DNA of 64,000 bases, taken from NCBI GenBank assembly GCA_016709845.1, contig JADJMA010000014.1, positions 38,365 through 102,364 of the forward strand, given 5' to 3'. How positions within the stretch are numbered: the first letter of the stretch is position 1; the number at the start of each line of letters is the position of its first letter. Shown here piece by piece: positions 41,159 to 52,225 of the stretch. The notes under the pieces were generated by a model. The model was not told the origin of the DNA. It ran no database searches and saw nothing but the letters and a program-made list of their open reading frames with translations. The position numbers were made by a program, and so were the translations under genes. The stretch is from Flammeovirgaceae bacterium (lineage in GTDB: Bacteria; Bacteroidota; Bacteroidia; Cytophagales; Cyclobacteriaceae).

Positions 41159-42637
41159 TTAAAATAATTTGCGAAGTCCTTTGTTATACAATTCGTTAGC
41201 CTCAGGCGAAACTTTTGTTATCAGAATCAGACCGCTAAAGAGCAAGGTTGTTAATGCCGAACGCAAGAGAATATCAAGTACAACAAAATCCAATCGGGAA
41301 GAAAAATAGTTGGCAGCCAACACAAGGGAAGCGATGAGGACCTTTAACGTATTACGATCAAAGGGTTGAATTTTATACTTCGAGTAGATAAACAAATACT
41401 TGATTGTGTTGAACGTGATTAAGGCGAACGCAGCGCCACACGCAGCGCCCTCAATACCATAGCGTGGAATTAACAGATTGTTGGACACCACAATCAATAC
41501 CGCTAAAATCAAAATCAATACAATGTTGAATTTAAAATATTTGGAGAGTACAATAATTTCGCTGCTTGGTCCAAAGAGCATATCAACTAATTTTCCTGCA
41601 CCAATAATGATAACAACCCATTTGCCGACTGAGAATACTTCCCCTTTCGGCATTAAGGCAAACATACTGTCCAGGTTAATCCAAACTCCGATAAGCAAAA
41701 GAGAACCTATAATTAATTGATTGATGGATGTTTTACGATAGAGCGAAGCGACTTCTTTAATGTCGTTTCGTTCGAAGGCGCGCGAAATTAAAGGCATCGC
41801 TATCTGGCTTAAGGCTCGCTTTGGTATTTCTATTACTGTCGCCATATAGAAGGCGGTGGTATAAATAGCATTAGCACTAAAACCGAGCATAGCCGAAACC
41901 ATCATGCTATCGATCTTGCCAATGAGGATAAGACCTGCCATGCCGGCAAAACTCAACAGGCTATATTTTAATAATTCGGGCAGTTTTTTTTGATCGAGCA
42001 AATTGAAATTTATTTGAATGGATAATTCACCCTGACGCCATAAATAAAACATCAGAATCAATAGCCAAATGAGATAACTAATTACCGACCCAAGAATAAA
42101 TTGATCGAACGTAATTGTTTTGGTAAAGTAGAGTAGCACCAGAACGGAAAGAAATAACCGCGCCATGACCTCACGCAACAGATTGGGAACAACAGTTTTT
42201 AATAGTGAGCGAGAGAAGGACTCCATCACACTAACCATTACCAAGATGAGCGTTAACCAAAGAACCAGATTAGTATATTGAATAACTTCTGCGGCATTAT
42301 CCTGAAAGTAGGCGAGTAAGGACGATTCGAAAACCTTAAATAATAGAAAGAATAAGATAAAGCCGACTAGAGCCAGTAAGCTCATGAACGAGATAAAACT
42401 GTGTGACGATTTTTTATCTCGAGCTAACTGAGGGTAAAACCGGATTATGGTTTGCGATAATCCAAATTGTGCAAAAGGTGCAAACAGAATAGCGGCATCC
42501 TGGATAGTTCGAAATAATCCGATCTGATCAGTTGATAGAAATTTTGGATAGAGATAGAGCAGGTTGATGTAACCAATTACCACACCCGCGTAGGAGATCA
42601 TGGAAGAGTAAATGCTTTGCCGGATGACGATGCCCAT
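41159..42637 (-). CDS. Wzx/MOP-superfamily polysaccharide flippase
   Basis: Many TMs; MGIVIRQSI start; LLIPRYGIEGAA. Confidence 0.85.
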   Translation of the reverse strand: MGIVIRQSIYSSMISYAGVVIGYINLLYLYPKFLSTDQIGLFRTIQDAAILFAPFAQFGLSQTIIRFYPQLARDKKSSHSFISFMSLLALVGFILFFLLFKVFESSLLAYFQDNAAEVIQYTNLVLWLTLILVMVSVMESFSRSLLKTVVPNLLREVMARLFLSVLVLLYFTKTITFDQFILGSVISYLIWLLILMFYLWRQGELSIQINFNLLDQKKLPELLKYSLLSFAGMAGLILIGKIDSMMVSAMLGFSANAIYTTAFYMATVIEIPKRALSQIAMPLISRAFERNDIKEVASLYRKTSINQLIIGSLLLIGVWINLDSMFALMPKGEVFSVGKWVVIIIGAGKLVDMLFGPSSEIIVLSKYFKFNIVLILILAVLIVVSNNLLIPRYGIEGAACGAAFALITFNTIKYLFIYSKYKIQPFDRNTLKVLIASLVLAANYFSSRLDFVVLDILLRSALTTLLFSGLILITKVSPEANELYNKGLRKLF

Positions 42638-42639
42638 CT

Positions 42640-43787
42640 TTACTCGTTTAAGAGTTTTGTTACAATATTTTTAAGAATAACTTTATTTTGCTCAGCGGAT
42701 AATGTTATTGCGGCTTTATTCGATTGCTCTTTAAATCTAGCTATATCTGAGCAGGATAGTGCATTTATCTTTTTTGCGAGTGAGATTGCAGTAAAATCTT
42801 TTGACACAACCCCAAGGTCATAGGTATTGACCAGTGCAGCCATTTCGGGTGTTGGCCCAATGGCTATGCAAAGCCTTGCTTGCACAAAATCAAAAAACTT
42901 GTTGGGAAGGGTATTGGCATAGTTAAAATTTATTGGTGGAAGAAGAAAGATACCAATATCATAGGGATGAATAGACGCAACTACTTCACTGCTTTTAACC
43001 GGAGGGATAATGTTAATGTTCGGTTTATCCTTGATCATGTTTTTTAAGGTAGTCAAATAGTCACGGGTTTTTTATTAGCGGTGGAGGGCGTTAATAGCAG
43101 TAAATCAAGACTAAAGCGCTCATCCAAATGATTCATCATCTCAATCATAATTTCTAATTGACGCGAGGGGTTAGCAGCACCATGATGAATCAATTTTATT
43201 TTATTCGGATCAACTTTTGATGGTGCGTTAGTTGAGAGATAGTTAGCATTTGTCACTACAAGGGGATCTACTGGATAGTGTTTTGCATATTCTTTAGCTA
43301 GTCCTTCTCCAACAGTAATCATCTTATCTACCTGAGGTAAATATTTTTTACAAAGATATTTATTGAATCGTTGAAAAAATATTCGCCACACTAGCTTATC
43401 CTCAAAGTGCCGGGGTGCATACTCATGGGCATCAAAAAGAATTTTTTCCTTTCCTTTAATTTTAAATGCAAGGGGTAAGCTCTCTATATCATTGGCAACA
43501 ATAAGATCAAATGTCCGGTCTTTTATCTGACTTCTAAATTTAGGGAAGTCATATAATACGCTATAAGCCGATTCAAATTGATTAGTCAATAGAAAAATGG
43601 AGCTAATTGCTTTTTCAAAATACGTGGGCCTAATTCTTTTAATATGAAAAACTTCGTGAGCCCACTCTTGTGGGGAGTTAAAACAAGCAATTGTTAATTG
43701 ATTGCCCTCGGATAAAAAGTCAACTTGTCTTGCTACTCTGGCATCATGCCTTAAATCGCTATAAGCAAGAATTAGTATTTTTTTCAT
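42640..43787 (-). CDS. Glycosyltransferase, GT4-like (frameshifted)
   Basis: DARVARQ, LFDAHEY, LPNKFFDFVQARL. Confidence 0.8.
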
Positions 43788-44322
43788 TTTTTTCTTCGAG
43801 CTTCAACAATGTAGTAGCGAGGAGTAAATAATCGCAGAATTGGACGGATACCATTGATTTTTGTTGGACTCGTCCATTTTTCACTTCGAACGATCTCCCA
43901 GCCACCTTTTTCAAGAAGCCAATCAAACTGCCAGTCTTCAAACTCATGAAAATGTTGATCCCAACGATCATTTTTATTTCGATAGGCTTTCGCAAACCAT
44001 AATGAGAGCGGAATGCTAACAAACAACCGATTGGATTTTATTGCCTTTAGTACGCCTAGTGGATTTAATAAGTGTTCGAAGATTTCAAAGGCGGTAGCTA
44101 TATCTGCATCATACTTTCCAACTGATTCTGGTGACTCGTCAAGATCTAAACCGGTTGTGTTGTATACGGTAAGGCCTTGCTCATTTAAAAAATCTGAGAA
44201 TGGGTTTGGTGTTCCAATATCAAGAATTGATTCATTTTGATTGATGGAGGCCTGCATAAAACTCCACGTTTTATCGTATCGCTTTTTTTTGAGGTTGATA
44301 TTTGATATGTATTTGAAGACAT
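43784..44322 (-). CDS. SAM-dependent methyltransferase-like protein
   Basis: ILDIG..NPFS, AFEIFEHLLNP, HFHEFEDWQFDWLL; 5' end reconstructed across a poly-A indel. Confidence 0.75.
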
Positions 44323-44383
44323 GTTGCGTTTGAATAATTTTATTTTAATGATTTTAGCCGCTCAGGATTATCCTTCAAAAAAG

Positions 44384-44917
44384 CTATCCCATGACTTGCT
44401 CTTGCTTTTTCAGAGCTCCATTTTGATAGTGGTGACATAAGGCAACAGCCAGTGCATCCGAGGCATCGAACAATTTTGGAATTTCTTTAAGATTAAAAAT
44501 CTGCATCAGCATTTTGGCCACTTGTTCTTTGGAAGCATTACCATTACCGGTTACTGACTGTTTTACTTTTTTTGGCGCGTATTCGGTTATTGGCACTTCC
44601 CGATATAAAGCAGCCGACATGGCTACTCCTTGGGCACGCCCAAGCTTTAACATGGATTGAACATTTTTACCAAAGAAAGGAGCTTCCAGGGCTACCTGAT
44701 CAGGATGAAACTCATCGACCAGACTAAGTACCCGATCAAAAATCTTTTTAAGTTTCAATTCATGAGCTCCGACTTTCCCCAATTGGATTACACCAAATTG
44801 AAGAAGCTTTACCTTACCTAATTGCACATGGATTACCCCATACCCCATAATATTAGTTCCAGGGTCAAGTCCAAGAATTATCTTTTCAGTCACTACTTTT
44901 TTCTCAACTTTGCTCAC
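44384..44917 (-). CDS. ruvC: Holliday junction resolvase
   Basis: [43 protein letters not shown]. Confidence 0.96.
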   Translation of the reverse strand: MSKVEKKVVTEKIILGLDPGTNIMGYGVIHVQLGKVKLLQFGVIQLGKVGAHELKLKKIFDRVLSLVDEFHPDQVALEAPFFGKNVQSMLKLGRAQGVAMSAALYREVPITEYAPKKVKQSVTGNGNASKEQVAKMLMQIFNLKEIPKLFDASDALAVALCHHYQNGALKKQEQVMG

Positions 44918-44943
44918 AACCCAAACTTACAGAGAAAGAGGCA

Positions 44944-46055
44944 ATGTGGATTTATCTGATCATTATCTTTAGTATTTATTTTGTTGGCTTGCTTTTGCTG
45001 ATTATGGGATGGCAACGGGTAGGCCAATCCCGAAAGGTTTCTTCTGCGCAACCCTTTGTTTCTGTTGTAGTAGCCGTTCGCAACGAGGCGGGCACATTAC
45101 CTGCCTTGCTGGAATCATTAGCTAAGCAGCACTATGACTTCACAAATTTCGAGGTGATTCTGATTGACGATCATTCTCGAGATCGAACTGCGGAGATTAT
45201 TGCTAAACTAATGGATAAATATCCACACCTGAAAATGGGAACACAACAGTCCAATGGCATAGGTAAGAAACAGGCATTGACCACAGGGATAGAAATAGCC
45301 AGGGGCGAAATTATTTTAACCACCGATGCGGATTGTCAAGTACCTGTAAACTGGATAAAAGATATGATCGAATCATTCAATCCGAGTACACATATGGTTG
45401 TGGGATGCGTACGTATTCAAACTGATAAAACTTTTTTTTCAAAACTTCAGGCCATGGAGTTTACTAGTGTAATAGGTATTGGCCTGGCTATGTTGGGTTG
45501 GAAGTTGCCCGTTATGTGCAACGGGGCAAGCCTTGCTTTTAGCAGACAATCCTTCTACGAAGTCAATGGGTATCAGGGTAATTTTCAAATCCCTTCCGGG
45601 GCTGATGAATTTTGATGCGAAAGATCCTAAACAAATACCCGGGATCCATTACTGCGGTTAACAGTTTTGATTCAATAGTTTCCACTCAGCCGCTTACCTC
45701 AATCCATAATTTTTTTCAACAACGACTTCGCTGGGCCGGCAAATGGAAAGTAAATGATTCATTATTGGCTAAAGTGCTGGCGTTCTTTATTTTGTTAGTT
45801 CAACTAGCCTGGTTATTGATGTTGCTGCTTTTTCTTTTTACGGGCTCTCAATTACTGATGATTATAATCGGAATGAAACTTGTTTTGGAGGGAATCTTTT
45901 TGTGGAAGATAGCTCAATCCTTTAAACAGCAGTTTGATATCCGGGCCTTTCTGGCGCTTCAGATACTCTATCCCCTATATGTAATTTCTGTGGGCGTGCT
46001 GGCTCAAATAAAAAGTTACCAGTGGAAAGACAGACCAGCTTCTTTTTATCGTTAA
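44944..46055 (+). CDS. Family 2 glycosyltransferase, membrane (frameshifted)
   Basis: VRNE, IDDHS.D, TTDADC, QRLRW motif. Confidence 0.88.
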
Positions 46056-46114
46056 GAGAATGTTAATGTAGGAGGGCGTACTCATTTATTCTTAATTTTA
46101 CCTTATTCAGGATT

Positions 46115-47338
46115 ATGGATGACTTAGAGTTAAGGAAACAAATTGAACGGAAGGAACTGGAACTCAACGCATTGTTGGAGATCACGCAATCGATCAATAA
46201 TAATGTGCCAGAGGACTCTTTATACAAGATTTTTAATTTCACGTTACGCGCAAATCTGAATATTAAGAAGTTAGCGCTTTTTGTGTTAGACGAAACCTGG
46301 AATTGCAAGGTAAACTTTGGTTCTCAAAATGATTTTCAAAAGCTTAAGTTGGATGATCGGTTTAAGTTGATCCGGAACATCCACCGTATGGATGAATTTG
46401 ACGAATGCGAATTCCATGAGTTTGACCTAGTGATACCGGTGGCTCATAAGTCTGATACGCTGGCGCTTATTTTTGTTGGTGGACTCAATAAGAACAATAG
46501 CCACGATCATGGTGAAAGCATAAAATTCATTCAGGCTCTGAGTAATATTATTATTGTTGCCATTGAAAATAAAAAAATGGCTCGTAAGCAACTCGAACAG
46601 GAGGCTTTCCGAAAGGAGTTGGAGATTGCCAGCGATGTTCAGCAATTTCTTTTTCCCGAACGACTTCCCTATACAGAGCGTGTAAAAATGGAAGCGAGTT
46701 ACTTGCCTCACGATCTGGTGGGAGGCGATTATTATGATTACATACCCATCAATAAAAATCAGTTTCTTATTTGTGTTGCCGATGTAAGTGGCAAAGGAAT
46801 TCCAGCCGCGTTGATGATGTCAAATTTCCAGGCATCTTTGCGCACCTTATTACGCCAAACGCCAAACTTAAAAGAAATTGTAGAGGCGTTGAATTATCAG
46901 GTAATGGAAAACACGAAGGGAGAAAAGTTTATCACTTTCTTTGGTGCTATCTACGACTTGAGTTTAAAATCTATGATCTATGTTAATGCCGGGCACAACG
47001 CGCCTATTTTAATAGATAAGAAAAACGGTCTGCGTTTGCTGGAAGAAGGCTCTACCGTGCTGGGCGCCATGAACCCACTTCCATTTTTGAATGAAGGGTT
47101 CGTTACTGACCTGGAAGATTTTACTTTATTTGCTTATACCGATGGCCTCACGGAAACAATTAATGAAGCGGGCGAAGAATTTGGCGCAGACTCGTTAATT
47201 GACTATTTTAAAAAGAATAGTGGAAAAGATATTAAAACAATTCATCAGGATATTATTGTTGCCTTAGATGGCTTTAAAGGCCGCAACGGGTATCGCGATG
47301 ATATTACTATGCTTACCTGCCGCGTGGAAAAATTCTAA
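46115..47338 (+). CDS. SpoIIE/RsbU-type PP2C phosphatase with GAF-like N-terminus
   Basis: VGGDYYD, ADVSGKGIPAAL, VNAGH, YTDGLTE, DDIT. Confidence 0.92.
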   Translation: MDDLELRKQIERKELELNALLEITQSINNNVPEDSLYKIFNFTLRANLNIKKLALFVLDETWNCKVNFGSQNDFQKLKLDDRFKLIRNIHRMDEFDECEFHEFDLVIPVAHKSDTLALIFVGGLNKNNSHDHGESIKFIQALSNIIIVAIENKKMARKQLEQEAFRKELEIASDVQQFLFPERLPYTERVKMEASYLPHDLVGGDYYDYIPINKNQFLICVADVSGKGIPAALMMSNFQASLRTLLRQTPNLKEIVEALNYQVMENTKGEKFITFFGAIYDLSLKSMIYVNAGHNAPILIDKKNGLRLLEEGSTVLGAMNPLPFLNEGFVTDLEDFTLFAYTDGLTETINEAGEEFGADSLIDYFKKNSGKDIKTIHQDIIVALDGFKGRNGYRDDITMLTCRVEKF

Positions 47339-47375
47339 GTTGGAGGTTTGAAGTTCGAGTTTCTAACTTCTGGTT

Positions 47376-48011
47376 ATGTTTTTTAGAACACCATTTTTTC
47401 TACCCGTGCTTTTTCCCAGGTTATTGTGGAGAATTCCTACTCAGGAGAAACAAATCTATCTTACGTTTGACGATGGCCCGGTTCCAGGGCCCACTGAGTT
47501 TGTTCTGGATACGCTTAAAAAATTTGGAGCCAAGGCAACCTTCTTTTGTATAGGCGATAATATTCGTAAACACCCAATAATTTTTTCTAGAATAATTGAA
47601 GAAGGCCATTCCATAGGGAATCATACATTTAATCATTTGAAGGGATGGAGTTACTCTACGAAGGATTACATGCTAAATATTGAATTGTGTAACGATCAGA
47701 TGGAGGCAGCCAACAGTGGACAGTCGACTGTAGACCAAAAACTCTTTAGACCTCCTTATGGGAGAATTACCCTTAATCAGATCAAGTCTTTAGAAGATAA
47801 TTATCGAATTATTATGTGGGATGTGCTGAGTCAGGATTATGACCGATCCGTTTCTTCAGACAGTTGCCTGAACGGCTCCATAAAATCTACGCGAACCGGG
47901 TCAATTGTGGTGTTTCATGATAGCCTCAAAGCTGAACGAAATCTCACCTACACGCTTCCGCGGTATCTGGAGCATTTTTCAAATCTTGATTATATTTTTT
48001 CAATGCTTTGA
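47376..48011 (+). CDS. Polysaccharide deacetylase (NodB/CE4)
   Basis: LTFDDGP, NHTFNH, FRPPYG, VFHD. Confidence 0.93.
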   Translation: MFFRTPFFLPVLFPRLLWRIPTQEKQIYLTFDDGPVPGPTEFVLDTLKKFGAKATFFCIGDNIRKHPIIFSRIIEEGHSIGNHTFNHLKGWSYSTKDYMLNIELCNDQMEAANSGQSTVDQKLFRPPYGRITLNQIKSLEDNYRIIMWDVLSQDYDRSVSSDSCLNGSIKSTRTGSIVVFHDSLKAERNLTYTLPRYLEHFSNLDYIFSML

Positions 48012-49123
48012 TGGCTCGTTCAGGTTCAGATACCTTTACGGAAATGCCTGAACCCGCTAAACATATTTTAGTAACTGTATTGGATTGGGGGTTGGGCCAT
48101 GCTACCCGCAGTGTTCCTGTTATTCAAGCTCTGGTAGCACGTGGGTGTAAAGTATCTTTAGCGGGGCATGGTGATTCTCTGTTATTGTTGAAGCAAGAAT
48201 TTCCTCAGCTGCAAACGTATGAGATCACATCCTACAGAGTTGCTTATTCTGCGAACATCCCCTTCATGATAAAGATTTTCATGCAACTCCCTAAATTTTT
48301 ACTTGCCATAAGAAAGGAGCATCGACAAATTGAAAAATTATGTTTGGATAAAAGAATTGACGCCATTATTTCTGACAATCGTTATGGCTGTTGGTCAAAC
48401 TCAATTCCGTCTATATTAATTACCCATCAAGTAAATTTGATACTGCCATCCTCATTTCGATGGCTAAGTGGCTTAATTAATTTTTTCAATCATAAATTGA
48501 TTAAAAGATTTGATGCCTGTTGGGTACCGGATTACCCGGATAACAGAGTTACAGGGACATTAACGGAACCAGGTAATCTTCGGGTATTATTCATCGGAAT
48601 GTTATCCAGAATGAAACCTGAAAAAATTGATCCGATAGCGAATACTCTTGTGGCGATATTATCCGGTCCTGAACCGCAACGACAAATTCTGGAGAAGATC
48701 TTAATCAAAGAAATATCGGGTAGACAGGAGAGGTGCACCTTGGTTCGTGGACTACCAGGTGATATGACAATTACACAGGATGGCCTAACTATTTATAATC
48801 ACTTACTTGGAGACCAACTAAGCGAATTGATTCAAAAATCTTCCATAATAATTACCAGAAGCGGTTATAGTACCATCATGGACCTTTATAAGATTAATGC
48901 TAAAAGGGTAATTTTGATTCCAACGCCCGGACAAACTGAGCAAGAGTATCTGGCTCAGGAACTGGATAGGCAAAAAGTGGCACTATATCAGGCGCAAGCT
49001 AAGTTTAGCTTAAATGATGCTCTTAGCCGGCTGAGTGAGTATAACGGTTTTACTAAAAGTAAGACAGAGCCTAGCTTACTTCCGGAAGCCATTAATGATC
49101 TGTTGCAAATGAACAAAGGTTAA
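48008..49123 (+). CDS. GT28-like glycosyltransferase
   Basis: DWGLGHATR, ISDNRYG, RSGYSTIMDL, PTPGQTEQEYLA. Confidence 0.85.
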   Translation: MMARSGSDTFTEMPEPAKHILVTVLDWGLGHATRSVPVIQALVARGCKVSLAGHGDSLLLLKQEFPQLQTYEITSYRVAYSANIPFMIKIFMQLPKFLLAIRKEHRQIEKLCLDKRIDAIISDNRYGCWSNSIPSILITHQVNLILPSSFRWLSGLINFFNHKLIKRFDACWVPDYPDNRVTGTLTEPGNLRVLFIGMLSRMKPEKIDPIANTLVAILSGPEPQRQILEKILIKEISGRQERCTLVRGLPGDMTITQDGLTIYNHLLGDQLSELIQKSSIIITRSGYSTIMDLYKINAKRVILIPTPGQTEQEYLAQELDRQKVALYQAQAKFSLNDALSRLSEYNGFTKSKTEPSLLPEAINDLLQMNKG

Positions 49124-49125
49124 TT

Positions 49126-49899
49126 ATGAATTTTTGGATTGATACACACGCACATATTTATTCTACCGAATTCGATTTGGATAGGGAGGATGTATTAAGC
49201 CGATGCCTCGATTTAGGGATCTCAAAAATCTATATGCCCAATGTAGATCATACTTCCGTGGATGCTATGCTGGAAGTTGAACATAAACATCCCGATCAAT
49301 GCATTTCTATGATGGGTCTTCACCCTTGCTCTGTAAAAAAGGATTTTGAAAAGGAATTGTACAAAGTAGAAGAGTGGCTTTCAAAGAGAAAGTTTGCAGC
49401 CATTGGCGAAATGGGCACTGATTTATATTGGGACAAAACGTTATGGGAAGAGCAGGCAGAAGCTTTTACTATTCAGATTGGCTGGGCAAAAAAGTATAAG
49501 CTTCCGGTTGTTATTCATTGTCGCGAATCCATTGATCAAACTATTGAATTGTTAGCCCCACTAGCCGATCAAAAGCTGAAGGGAGTCTTTCATTGTTTTT
49601 CTGGTACTTATGAGCAAGCAAAAAAAATTACTGAAATAGGATTTTATTTGGGATTAGGTGGAGTCTCTACCTTTAAGAATGGCGGTATGGATGTGGTCAT
49701 TCCTGACCTTGACCTCGATACAATTGTATTAGAAACGGATAGCCCTTATCTGGCACCCGTGCCGCATCGTGGTAAGCGTAATAGTCCAGCGTATATTCCT
49801 TTAATTGCCGCCCGGATTGCTGAATTAAAAAGAATCTCTATTGAGGAATTGCAAAGCATGACAACCTTAAATGCCCAACGTTTATTCAATCAGGTATGA
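49126..49899 (+). CDS. tatD: TatD family deoxyribonuclease
   Basis: DTHAH, GLHP, IGEMG.D, HCFSG, LETDSPYL. Confidence 0.93.
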   Translation: MNFWIDTHAHIYSTEFDLDREDVLSRCLDLGISKIYMPNVDHTSVDAMLEVEHKHPDQCISMMGLHPCSVKKDFEKELYKVEEWLSKRKFAAIGEMGTDLYWDKTLWEEQAEAFTIQIGWAKKYKLPVVIHCRESIDQTIELLAPLADQKLKGVFHCFSGTYEQAKKITEIGFYLGLGGVSTFKNGGMDVVIPDLDLDTIVLETDSPYLAPVPHRGKRNSPAYIPLIAARIAELKRISIEELQSMTTLNAQRLFNQV

Positions 49900-50954
49900 A
49901 CTACACACGGATTAATATTAATACCGCCCAACCCGGCAAAGCAAAATCGCGGGTAATGATCATCTATACCGGTGGAACGTTTGGAATGACGTACGATGCT
50001 AATGGTGTGTTGATTCCCTTTGATTTCTCTTTAATTCTGGAGCAGTTGCCTGCCCTGAGAAACTTGTTCTTAGAGATAACGGTGATTTCCTTTGACCATC
50101 CCGTGGATTCATCCAACATACAGCCGGTACATTGGAAAATGATTTCGGAAATTATTTTCGAAAATTATGAAGAGCAAGATGGCTTCGTAGTATTACATGG
50201 AACGGATACAATGGCCTTTACCGCCTCTGCACTTAGTTTTATGTTACCAGGCCTTGCCAAACCAGTAATTGTAACCGGAGCCCAGTTGCCTATTAGCCAA
50301 CCAAGATCAGACGCGCGTGAAAATCTCATCACTGCACTCGAAATCGCTTCTGCCAACGAAAACGGGAGACCGCTCGTACCCGAAATTTGTATTTATTTTG
50401 ATTATGAGTTGTTGCGCGGCAACAGATCTAAAAAGGTTGAGAGTATGCATTTTGATGCATTCAAATCCGAAAATTATCCTACCCTCGCCAAAGCGGGAGT
50501 GAAGATTGATTACAACACGGCTGCCATAAGCGAACCTCATGGTGAAAAACTTCGCTTGAGAACCAGTTTCGATACGGACATTGCCATTCTTAAATTATTT
50601 CCGGGTATTGATAAGCGAACCGTAGATGCAATTATTAACGCAGAAGGTTTAAAAGCGGTTATCCTTGAAACCTATGGATCAGGCAATGCACCCTCGTCAG
50701 ACTGGTTTATTGAAAGTCTGAAAGGTGCTATTAAGCGTGGGATTATTTTGGTCAATATTTCCCAATGTCCCGGAGGTACTGTGGTACAGGGAAAATATGA
50801 GACCAGTAAATCGCTGGCTGAAATAGGAGTAATAAGCGGGGAGGATATGACGATGGAAGCCGCAGTAACAAAGTTGATGATTCTATTAGGAGAGCAGGGT
50901 GTAGAGCCTACAAGGAAACTTTTTAATCAACCGTTAGCGGGAGAAGTTGGCTAA
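49896..50954 (+). CDS. ansA: Type I L-asparaginase
   Basis: YTGGTFGM, DSSN, HGTDTM, TGAQLP, YGSGN. Confidence 0.92.
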   Translation: MNYTRININTAQPGKAKSRVMIIYTGGTFGMTYDANGVLIPFDFSLILEQLPALRNLFLEITVISFDHPVDSSNIQPVHWKMISEIIFENYEEQDGFVVLHGTDTMAFTASALSFMLPGLAKPVIVTGAQLPISQPRSDARENLITALEIASANENGRPLVPEICIYFDYELLRGNRSKKVESMHFDAFKSENYPTLAKAGVKIDYNTAAISEPHGEKLRLRTSFDTDIAILKLFPGIDKRTVDAIINAEGLKAVILETYGSGNAPSSDWFIESLKGAIKRGIILVNISQCPGGTVVQGKYETSKSLAEIGVISGEDMTMEAAVTKLMILLGEQGVEPTRKLFNQPLAGEVG

Positions 50955-51008
50955 TGGGCATTAGCCAAGACTCTAAAAAAAGATTTTTTAGAAACAGGGT
51001 AAATTTTG

Positions 51009-51093
51009 CGGAGAGAGTGGGATTCGAACCCACGTTACCTTGCGGTAAACACGCTTTCCAAGCGTGCTCGTTCGGCCACTCTGACATCTCTCC
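51009..51093 (-). tRNA. tRNA-Ser(GGA)
   Basis: Acceptor GGAGAGA/TCTCTCC; anticodon arm CACGC-TTGGAAA-GCGTG; long variable arm; GTTCGAATC T-loop; CCA not encoded. Confidence 0.95.
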
Positions 51094-51381
51094 GAACTTA
51101 ATTATCACGCCAGCGATTTAAAAGGCCTCTTACCCTCAAGGAGCAGAATAGCCTTAAATTCAATGGAGAATCAAAAAGCCCACAAAGAAATAGATTAATA
51201 CTTCTTAAACAAAGGAGAAAAAAGCCCATTTAGAATTGATGTGCAAAAATAATTATTCTGACAGAAGAATATTTTTCGTGACTAACGGACATATTTTGAA
51301 TTATATGGCAGTATGACCTAAGCAATAGAATAGAATTACAGTTTTTTTTTCAAATGCTTGTTTGTGATTGATCAAAACGCT

Positions 51382-51389
51382 TAAATTTG
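51382..51389 (+). promoter_or_regulatory. -7 promoter element for exbB operon
   Basis: TAAATTTG 31 nt upstream of ATG, with TTTG at about 51361. Confidence 0.6.
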
Positions 51390-51420
51390 GCCACTTCAAG
51401 TATTATCTAAACTTTAAACC

Positions 51421-52218
51421 ATGAAAAAATTACTTACGATTTTTGCTTTAGCAGGGGTGCTTGCGTTCGGTGCCTCAAAAACTTATGCTCAAGGCGACTC
51501 AACAGCTCAAGCGGAGCAACCTGCTGCTGAAGTTGTTACTGCCACTGCTGATGACTCTGCAGATCTTGCAGCTACGGAAGATGTTTCCTTCCATCAGCAA
51601 ATTAAAGATAAGTTTATTGAAGGAGGACCTCCCTTCATGTGGCCAATTCTTATCTGTTTGATTTTAGGTCTGGCTATTTCAATTGAACGTATCATCACAT
51701 TGAATCTGGCTACCACCAATACTAAAAAATTGTTGAGTCAAATAGAGGATGCTCTTGCCAAAGGCGGCATTGAAGCAGCGAAAGATGTAACTAAAAATAC
51801 AAAAGGCCCTGTTGCCTCTATCTTTACGCAAGGTCTTATGCGATCAAGTGAAGGAATTGAAATGGTTGAAAAATCAATTGTTTCTTATGGTGGTGTTGAA
51901 ATGGCCCGCCTTGAAAAAGGTTTGATCTGGGTTTCCTTGTTCATTTCACTCGGGCCCATGCTTGGATTCTTTGGAACAGTAATCGGGATGGTGGCTGCTT
52001 TTGATGCGATTGAAGCTGCTGGTGATATTTCTCCGTCCGTTGTTGCCGGTGGTATGAAAACTGCTTTGATCACAACCGTAGGTGGTTTGATTGTGGGTAT
52101 GGTTCTACAAACCTTGTATAACTACCTGATTTCTAAAATTGATAGCCTGGTAAACTCAATGGAAGATGCTTCTATTAGTTTGATAGATATTTTGGTTAAG
52201 CACAAGCTTTCTAAATAA
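51421..52218 (+). CDS. exbB: MotA/TolQ/ExbB proton channel protein
   Basis: GPMLGFFGTVIGM, GGMKTALITTVGGL. Confidence 0.92.
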   Translation: MKKLLTIFALAGVLAFGASKTYAQGDSTAQAEQPAAEVVTATADDSADLAATEDVSFHQQIKDKFIEGGPPFMWPILICLILGLAISIERIITLNLATTNTKKLLSQIEDALAKGGIEAAKDVTKNTKGPVASIFTQGLMRSSEGIEMVEKSIVSYGGVEMARLEKGLIWVSLFISLGPMLGFFGTVIGMVAAFDAIEAAGDISPSVVAGGMKTALITTVGGLIVGMVLQTLYNYLISKIDSLVNSMEDASISLIDILVKHKLSK

Positions 52219-52225
52219 GATTATT

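Noticed and set aside
50923-51108. 61-aa minus-strand ORF
   Set aside because: It is a translation of tRNA-Ser
51245-51262. Fur box upstream of exbB (AATAATTATT)
   Set aside because: Short AT palindrome in AT-rich DNA, weak match to consensus, far from the promoter
50955-51420. Integrative element at tRNA-Ser
   Set aside because: No integrase, no duplicated tRNA 3' end seen, housekeeping genes on both sides
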